This document shows positions 50,850-59,589 of a stretch of DNA of 59,589 nt, piece after piece; within the stretch, counting starts at the first letter, position 1; each line of letters starts with the position of its first letter. Location of the stretch: positions 24,028,779-24,088,367 of the forward strand of contig NC_068988.1 of NCBI RefSeq assembly GCF_001194135.2. The letters run 5' to 3'. A program made the position numbers and the translations under genes. Below the pieces are notes generated by a model. The model saw only the letters and a program-made list of their open reading frames with translations, was not told the DNA's origin and did not search any database. The DNA is from Octopus bimaculoides. Lineage: Eukaryota.

Positions 50850-51951
50850 TACACACTTACATACACATAAATTGGTATGTATATTATCTTCCGCTTTATC
50901 TCGGATTGTCGTCTGCTTACTGTGTCTTCCACACACAGTTATTCAGTCCTTTTTTCCTTCTTTCTCCATCTACATCTTTATCTTCCCCCGACGACACAGA
51001 CCAAGACAAAAAATATAAAAAGTGAAACTAAAACCATGAAACAAAATCATTAAATGCAAGCACCAGAAAAGCAATCATAGGTCCAACGCCCGGATGTATC
51101 ACTGCAGTTTCTAATATTTTGAAGTAGCTCTTCAGGAAATGTCCGATAATAAGATAATATCTCTTCCTGCGGGTACTTAATTTGTTCCCATGAACACCCA
51201 CATGCACACAAACGAACACGTGCATCACATACATACATACACCTATGTATACATATATACATACCTATACCTATACATACATATATATNNNNNNNNNNNN
51301 NNNNNNNNNNNNNNNNNNNNNNNNNNNNNNNNNNNNNNNNNNNNNNNNNNNNNNNNNNNNNNNNNNNNNNNNNNNNNNNNNNNNNNNNNNNNNNNNNNNN
51401 NNNNNNNNNNNNNNNNNNNNNNNNNNNNNNNNNNNNNNNNNNNNNNNNNNNNNNNNNNNNNNNNNNNNNNNNNNNNNNNNNNNNNNNNNNNNNNNNNNNN
51501 NNNNNNNNNNNNNNNNNNNNNNNNNNNNNNNNNNNNNNNNNNNNNNNNNNNNNNNNNNNNNNNNNNNNNNNNNNNNNNNNNNNNNNNNNNNNNNNNNNNN
51601 NNNNNNNNNNNNNNNNNNNNNNNNNNNNNNNNNNNNNNNNNNNNNNNNNNNNNNNNNNNNNNNNNNNNNNNNNNNNNNNNNNNNNNNNNNNNNNNNNNNN
51701 NNNNNNNNNNNNNNNNNNNNNNNNNNNNNNNNNNNNNNNNNNNNNNNNNNNNNNNNNNNNNNNNNNNNNNNNNNNNNNNNNNNNNNNNNNNNNNNNNNNN
51801 NNNNNNNNNNNNNNNNNNNNNNNNNNNNNNNNNNNNNNNNNNNNNNNNNNNNNNNNNNNNNNNNNNNNNNNTATATATATATATATGTATATATATATAT
51901 ACATATATATACATACATACATCATACATACACACACACACACGCACACAC

Positions 51952-52017
<66 letters not shown>

Positions 52018-52755
52018 CCAGGTATATAGTGAATAATAGTGAATATTGATTACTTGATAAATAGCTAGAAGAAAATGTTGATTAAATTTCTGTACGTTTC
52101 TATTGAGAATCTAACGATGTTCAAACAACAGATTTTCATTATTGAAGATTAAATTGTCTTCTTCATCCTATCCTTGCAGATTATTATATTTTGCATTTGT
52201 TTAAGGTTTTATCTTCTTTTATTGTTCTTCAAGCGACTTCCTGTTATTTGCAACTCATTAATTTTCCCATATCTCTATCAACCATCAACCATTGTGTGTG
52301 TAATATCGTCTCATCTTACTGTTCGTCCCTATGCATTGAGATCATATACCTCTAAAAAGTGAAATAAACGTGAGAGATATATTGATACGTTGATCGTGGT
52401 TTCTTATAATACTATTATCCACTAATAAAACATCACAGAAAAAAAAAAAAATTATTTCTCCCAAATGTTCCAGTCCTTCGTTTCTTTTTTTCCTTTTCCA
52501 AGAGTGAGAACAGTCGGCATAGTATTTCCTGACCATTTTAGACTAGGGTGAGATTTCATTGTTGTTGTTGCTATATAGGTACAGATCAAAAATTTCCCAA
52601 CCGTGGCCAATCGGTCTTGTTTTTAGGTATAATGTACCTCGGACCATATTATATTTCCTTTATATAGGACTCTAATGTATTGTTTGATTTTCCCAAAGGT
52701 TATTATTTTCTAAAAGATTGAGCAACATATTGGGGTGAAGGACTCTCTTTATCTC

Positions 52756-53046
52756 TGTTATATCGCAATACTACACAGTAGTTTTGTGAGCTGCGAATCC
52801 TCGTCGCCACTGTTATATCGCACATGCAGATGATCTCTGCTCAATTCTCACTTCCAACGACTCGACTCTACCGAACTCGACGTCTAGTCTACCGATGGCT
52901 CTGTCTCGCTCTTCCACTTTATTCGACGCCTTTCGTCTAGCTATTTACACGTATTAGACTAGCCTACTTATCGCCTGCGGGCGATAAATCTATAGATAAT
53001 ACCGTTCATTTTCTTCCATAGATGAATACGTCGTCGTTGACGGACA
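52756..53046 (-). mobile_element. LTR remnant with a tRNA-Ser(GCU) primer-binding site
   Basis: Minus strand reads ...gtgcgatataACA-g-TGGCGACGAGGAT (PBS at plus 52797-52809). AATAAA lies inside the LTR-like part. The LTR-end motif gcgatataaca recurs at 52756-52766. The 5' boundary is uncertain. Confidence 0.6.
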
Positions 53047-55359
53047 TTTTCTAGAATAGAATGTTATATATAAATGTGTGTTTATTCCATGTCAGACCAT
53101 GCCTTTTTCTACAGATAGGCCTCTTGATCAGTAGAGATTTGTGCAATCTTTGGTAAAAATTTTCCTTGACGACCTTTTTCCTTTTTAAATTATTTACATG
53201 TTTGTTCGATCGTTTCCCATGATTTTATTAATTAAAACTTATTAAAACTTCAGACGTTCTCACAACTTTGGTCGTCGTAATGCTTTGCGTTTGTTTGTTT
53301 AATAAAAATTCCTCTTAGTAATGATTTTGCTTTCATTTTCTTATAGACAACTATCATGCAGAAAATGCCGGCTTCCAAATACGGTTTTCTGATTAGGTAA
53401 AATTGATTAAGGTGTAAAACCTAGTATCAGGGACGAGGAAAAGGCAGCAAGAGTCAGGGAATGTTAAAGAGCGAGGGGTAGAGAGAGAGAGAACAAGAGA
53501 CAGAGACAGAGCAGGAGAGATAGAAAGTGTTTATTGAAGGGAACAACGATTTTTAATATGTTTTCTTTAATTTTTACCTATCACTCAACGCATGCGCTTT
53601 AGTGAATAAACTATCGTGTGCTCAGTCGAAACCGCTTCAAAAATGAAACTGCAGTTTAAATAATTCAGCTTCAAATACATTCTGTATACAAAAACGAGAT
53701 GTTCACGACCAGAACATTCTGAAGCATAAGTGTCTTCGATCAGGTTAATCCCGATGGAACATATCTATGCTGCTATAGAAGGTAAGAAGTAAGTATCTAC
53801 GTTGATGTTTGATGTAATGAAATGGCGTATACATGGATTTGAAGCGAACTAATTCACACAGTTCTGTTCCAGAGATGGAAAGCTTTGTAATAAATGCTGC
53901 ATATTTCTTAATGTATAGACTTGTGAAGGAATCATTGCATCAGATATCGGCGGTAAAATAGGACACTATATTCAGTGTCATATGTCCAGAAACACTTCAA
54001 TTAATTTCTATATTTTTTAATAAACATCAAAGAACACAATTGAGGAACATCTTTCTTTCCAAACCTTGGTTGATGCTATGATTTAGGTTTCAATAATTAT
54101 GGATATAATATGTCCTATTGAAATTTCATTCCATTTAAATTCATTACTGAAAAATACTACCACGCAATTATAATATTTTCTAATTCCTAAAAAGATGTTT
54201 TTTTTAATTTTCTACTTCATATTGTACTGCAGGTAAAATGTTATTCTTAATATTTGGAATACATTGAAAAAATAACAAATGTCAAAAGGCTGGTCGATTC
54301 CTCAAAACAAAAAAACAAATACGAAACATAAATATATTAACTAAGTATAGAAATTTTAATCTTGAAATATATATTTATTTAGCCATTTTTGTTATTTGTT
54401 GGCCTGAAGACGAAATTCAGATTACAAAATAACAACCATTATGTGATGTCAGTTATGTTTTACTTGAATTTACCTTAATTACGTAAATCTATTGGGATAT
54501 TATTGTGTGTAAGATATGTTAAATAACTGGCCTGCAGGGAGTAGAGTTATATAAAGCCATATTCATTGATCTACATTGTGTTCTCGTAACTGATCCTATT
54601 TGGATGAAATTCTCAATTGTCAGAGGTGGGACTTAAAACAAGTAAAGAATCGCATTTAACATCTCTATGACAACGGGATTGCAAAATTCTCCAAATTGCT
54701 ATTATAAAATACAAAGCACACCACGAAGGTATGAGGCAGGAAATGCTTTACCTGTGTGCAATTCAAATGTTATACATAAAACTCAAATAAATATCATAAA
54801 TACTGTTTACAGCCACGTTTCAAAAGATGTTATGATGAATCACCGTGACGTACTAAAATTGGCATTATAAATTTTAGCAGTCACAAACTGAGGAAATTTG
54901 TAATGCAAGCTATTTGGGAATAAAATATCATTTAAATATTTAATTTTGCTACCGATAAATTTAATATATGTAGATCCATCTCACCACTGCCACTATGTTT
55001 TAATTTCTGTCTGATTTAAATAGGAATTGCTAATCTAGTCGTGGAAAGATTTAGAGTAATTTATTCTATTAGAATCTGACAAACATCCTTGAAACAGAAT
55101 AAGTTGTTATTCAAAACAATAACAATACACATCAACGGTTTTTGGTTTTCTATAACAATGGCTTTACAGATTGTTAGATCCTACATAACATTTTAGTTAC
55201 TTACTATTTAAATATTATACTTAGAATTTTACGATGAATGGTAACAAATTATCAACGACTTCATATGTTTAGTGCGTTTTTGAAACTGAGAGGTACATGA
55301 CTGTACCGGACCAACTCGAATTGAAAAAATAACATAATATTGTTTCACACATCGAATTA

Positions 55360-55406
<47 letters not shown>

Positions 55407-56286
55407 NNNNNNNNNNNNNNNNNNNNNNNNNNNNNNNNNNNNNNNNNNNNNNNNNNNNNNNNNNNNNNNNNNNNNNNNNNNNNNNNNNNNNNNNNNNNNN
55501 NNNNNNNNNNNNNNNNNNNNNNNNNNNNNNNNNNNNNNNNNNNNNNNNNNNNNNNNNNNNNNNNNNNNNNNNNNNNNNNNNNNNNNNNNNNNNNNNNNNN
55601 NNNNNNNNNNNNNNNNNNNNNNNNNGGGGGGGGGGCTAATATATGCATGTTATATCAGTCAAAACAAATCAGTAGTATATCTTATAATGGCGTCTAACCA
55701 GAATTAATGAAGAATTGTTGATGTCTTTATTCCCTGTTCAGCTTCGGTCCAGGAGAATATAAGCAGAGATATACGAGGAAGTCTTTATACGAGGAAGTCT
55801 AGAAATAACGTGAATTTTTTAAATATTTCTCGCAACCAGCTCAGTAAATAAGCTCGAGTGATAAGTTAATTTATATTTCAAGAGGAATAACTTGAAAGCA
55901 CTACAACTATAAAGCCTCTCAACATGCAATTATCCTTTTTAGAAAAGTCTAACTTCAAAGAATTTATTTCAGCGATAAAACCAATATTGATTTAATATTT
56001 TTATTTTCTGGATTTATTTTCAACTATTTAAAACCATTTTTTAAAAATTTTGTGTTCATATTGATTAGTAAATCGTAGCAAAATGATTAAAGCTAATTCA
56101 ACATGGGAATTTACTCTTTGATACTTGATTTAATCCGTGGCCTAATTTAAAAACATCAAGTGATCCTTGACTGCAATCGACCGAACGACGTTCCTCATCT
56201 GTGACTATCTCTCCATTTTTGTTCACTAAGTCACAGAAGCCAATAAAACTCCCATGGCGGCGTGCATTTCTTCCATTGTGGGAACC

Positions 56287-56354
56287 ATAAAAAGAACATT
56301 TTTCAATATATATTTTTTTGATAAAAAGAACATTTTTCAATATATATTTTTTTG
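56287..56354 (+). repeat. perfect 34-bp tandem duplication
   Basis: ataaaaagaacatttttcaatatatatttttttg at 56287-56320 and 56321-56354. Confidence 0.95.
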
Positions 56355-58217
56355 ATGTTACTTATTGGAGATAGAGGGGCTACTACACAGCCCCTACTTC
56401 TTCAATCGCTAACGTTCACCATATAAATATACATTAATGTGAAAGGGTCTCTACAAAATCCTTTACGAATATAAAGATTTTTTTATTTAGCTATTTAACT
56501 GGCCAATACAATTCTCTATCATGGCCATGCAGGAACAATGTTTCATGCTCTTTAGATTGTATCATTCAGTGTTTATTTTGCATTGAGGTTTTTATGTTTT
56601 AATGTATATTTTATTCATATTTGAACCTTCGTTAACCATGAAACCGTAGTCTTATGATTAAGGTTTCTCAGTGAAGACGGTAGTATCAGCTGTATGCGCA
56701 TATGTGTGTGTATGTATGTATATATATGTGTGTGTGTGTATGTGTGTATTTATAAATATATATGAGAGACAGACAGAGACACAGGCAGACAGATATATAT
56801 ATANNNNNNNNNNNNNNNNNNNNNNNNNNNNNNNNNNNNNNNNNNNNNNNNNNNNNNNNNNNNNNNNNNNNNNNNNNNNNNNNNNNNNNNNNNNNNNNNN
56901 NNNNNNNNNNNNNNNNNNNNNNNNNNNNNNNNNNNNNNNNNNNNNNNNNNNNNNNNNNNNNNNNNNNNNNNNNNNNNNNNNNNNNNNNNNNNNNNNNNNN
57001 NNNNNNNNNNNNNNNNNNNNNNNNNNNNNNNNNNNNNNNNNNNNNNNNNNNNNNNNNNNNNNNNNNNNNNNNNNNNNNNNNNNNNNNNNNNNNNNNNNNN
57101 NNNNNNNNNNNNNNNNNNNNNNNNNNNNNNNNNNNNNNNNNNNNNNNNNNNNNNNNNNNNNNNNNNNNNNNNNNNNNNNNNNNNNNNNNNNNNNNNNNNN
57201 NNNNNNNNNNNNNNNNNNNNNNNNNNNNNNNNNNNNNNNNNNNNNNNNNNNNNNNNNNATATATATAATATAATTTAATATAATATAATATAATATAAAT
57301 ACTATATATATGTATATATACACACACACACACGGAAGGACAAACACACACACGTACATACATATATTCTATAATCGCATACATGCATGCGCGATGCTCA
57401 CACAAACGTGTATCCTGCAATGCATCCGTCCTTCTATTATTTCAGCCGTTGAAAACTGGAATGAAACCCGAATTCGAGGGAACGGTGGCTGCTATTTTTA
57501 GCAAGCATTGTTAGCGACTGCGTAAAGAACTCCTCGTTGACTTTTTGTGCTTGAGTATGTGTAGCTGACATAACAGTGATTTGCTGGAAGCTATTTCACA
57601 CTGATTCTAACCAGTTAAACATGTCTAGTCTGGAATGTCGAATAGAAACTTTTTCAAAGTAATGTTTAAAATATTCCACAGGCGCCATCATTATGCTTTC
57701 CTCATTTTTCTGAGTAAATAATTAAAGAACCGCGAATCCCCAAAGGCATAGGCTATTGTATTCTAATGATTTTAGTTAACTGTCAGCTGGTTACATACAT
57801 TCTGGCAGTTGGCACTTGGCACAAACTTCTTTCGTAAAATAATTCAGTATTTATATAACGGTTATTTCATGTTAGTATCATGGATAGGTAACAACAGTGA
57901 AACTTTTTTGTAAATGATGATGCTTCGCCTCTTAATATTCTGAGATCAAATCCTACCAACATGGATTAATCTATTGTCTTATAAATACAAAATCAGCTAT
58001 AACTAAAGTATCAGTCAAGAACTAGTGGCGATACTATCAATTATGCCGTCTCAGAACATTTGTGATTGTGCACCAATGTTAAAAAGGATTATTTGAAGAA
58101 ATAGTCTGTCATTTAGTAAATGCATGAATTCAACTTCTGCCTTCAAAACATTCAGCGGTTGGCTTTGACTGTCTTTCTCTATACTTCGATAGATAGAAAC
58201 TATCATATGTACTAAGC

Positions 58218-58674
58218 TAGTGGTTCTCAACCGTTTATTTTTAACTATGGGCTTCTTTGATTCCTTTGATATTATTGGGTATTTTATCTAAAGAAAATAA
58301 TTGTTAAGATAATTGGTGTATTGTAGAAATATAATAATTTTGCTGCTCATAAATTTTAACCAAAAATCTTATATAGAACCTCAATGAATCGTGTGCACTC
58401 CGTTGAGATCGACTGTATTAAGAGAAAAGTTCTGTTGCTGATTGTGTCCAAATAACCATGCATTTTGGGTATTGGAGTATCTCAGTCTATTGGTGACGCG
58501 CAACTCACTATAAATGCTTATTTCATAGGATCTGTAGCTACCTCTATAGGTGTATATATGCATGTATATGGTTGGTATATTTTTAGACAGCTCTGTTACG
58601 TTTAATAAATAACAAATAATAGGATCTATTTCTACGCCGAATAAATTTCTAGCCTATGGACCCCTGGGTCACTG
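58218..58674 (+). mobile_element. degenerate hAT MITE
   Basis: Left end tagtggttctcaacc (same TIR type as 23779). The right end is eroded: gcctatggacccctgggtcactg. Confidence 0.5.
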
Positions 58675-58747
58675 CCCCAACACCTTTCCACTCCGCCACT
58701 CCGCGTCGCAATTTTTCTCTTTATGTCTCTTCATTCGCCCTTTTCAG

Positions 58748-58803
58748 ATCTGCATAAAGCAAATCAATTCTATAAATGCACCCGCCCCAGTGCAGCACAG
58801 AAC
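58748..58803 (+). CDS. candidate 56-nt exon
   Basis: Long polypyrimidine tract tttttctctttatgtctcttcattcgcccttttcag| and donor |gtgagc. Phase 1 (D)LHKANQFYKCTRPSAAQN or phase 0 ICIKQINSINAPAPVQHR. Confidence 0.4.
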
Positions 58804-59552
58804 GTGAGCTAGCAATTTCAAATATTAATCGCAATATCAAAGCTAAGACCATTCTCCTGAACTTTGTGGTTTAGTGCCAATATAGGAACTAATAGTACTT
58901 AATAAGAAACGCTTAGATGTTACAGAGCCAATGTAATTTAAGACTGAAGTTCACTATTTTGAGTTCAGTCTCCACAATGGCAAGTTCATTCTCTTTTCCA
59001 CAACCAATAACAGAATCGCGATTTTAGATTGACTTTTACAGCTCAAATTGAGTGACCCTTCTATGCACTATTCAAACAAAAGAGAAGTTTTAAATACGTT
59101 AACCAGTAACATATGATATTAAAATAAAAATTGCTTACCGCAAATAGAAAAAAAAGTTGATGATCGACTTCTGTCATCATTTTGATATTTATTCAAAGAC
59201 TATATAGCATATGGACTGTGAGAAATTTAGAGATATGGGTCACACATTGGAATAGCTTTATAGAACTAGGTCACACAAAGAAAAATATTTTCATTAAATT
59301 ATCTAAAATCAGGAAGTTTTAAGTGAAATATTTCGTTCTTCATTCCGCTTGATAATTTATTTATATTCTATTTGTTTTTATTTATGTTCAGTTATGGTAA
59401 AGCATGAGACTACATAGCGTTTTAAGGGAAACGATTTTAGGATAAAGTTTCAGAAATATGTGTGTGTGACGTGTGTGTGTGCGTGTGTGTATATGCATGT
59501 AGATAAGTATGTATGTATGTATGTATACACACACACATATATATACACGGAA

Positions 59553-59589
<37 letters not shown>

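Noticed and set aside
55626-55635. G10 run as a G-quadruplex or regulatory tract
   Set aside because: It sits at a gap edge and is likely a contig-end or sequencing artefact.
57640-57740. PVEYFKHYF resembling a piggyBac transposase N-terminal motif
   Set aside because: A single short match with no collinear downstream motifs or TTAA-bounded TIRs.

Overview
Eukaryotic, AT-rich, microsatellite-saturated genomic DNA. It has 16 assembly gaps totalling about 6.0 kb of N; 15 of them abut an (AT)n, (AG)n/(CT)n or (TATG)n tract. The SINE and MITE families resemble, from memory, those of octopus (coleoid cephalopod), but I cannot prove the organism. No complete, identifiable protein-coding gene is visible, and almost all of the supplied ORF track is microsatellite or N-gap artefact. 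The best-supported content is decayed mobile DNA. This includes three tRNA-type SINE families (one copy with an 11-bp TSD), RTE-clade LINE fragments, three R4/Dong-like non-LTR fragments and an Academ(X)-like transposase remnant at about 43.6-48.0 kb with a mariner-type MITE inside it. It also includes a mariner transposase 5' fragment, hAT MITEs, two copies of a Helentron/DINE-1-like non-autonomous element, and an LTR end followed by a tRNA-Ser primer-binding site. A set of splice-site-bounded open frames on the minus strand at about 1.5-12.6 kb could be the 3' part of an unidentified host gene or pseudogene. A few isolated plus-strand exon candidates also exist. I found no convincing new biological system. 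The most interesting items are the candidate spliced gene with a locally duplicated exon, a minisatellite apparently derived from a SINE 5' end, nested insertions, and a possible minimal hammerhead. All family assignments come from manual translation and remembered motifs, not database searches.
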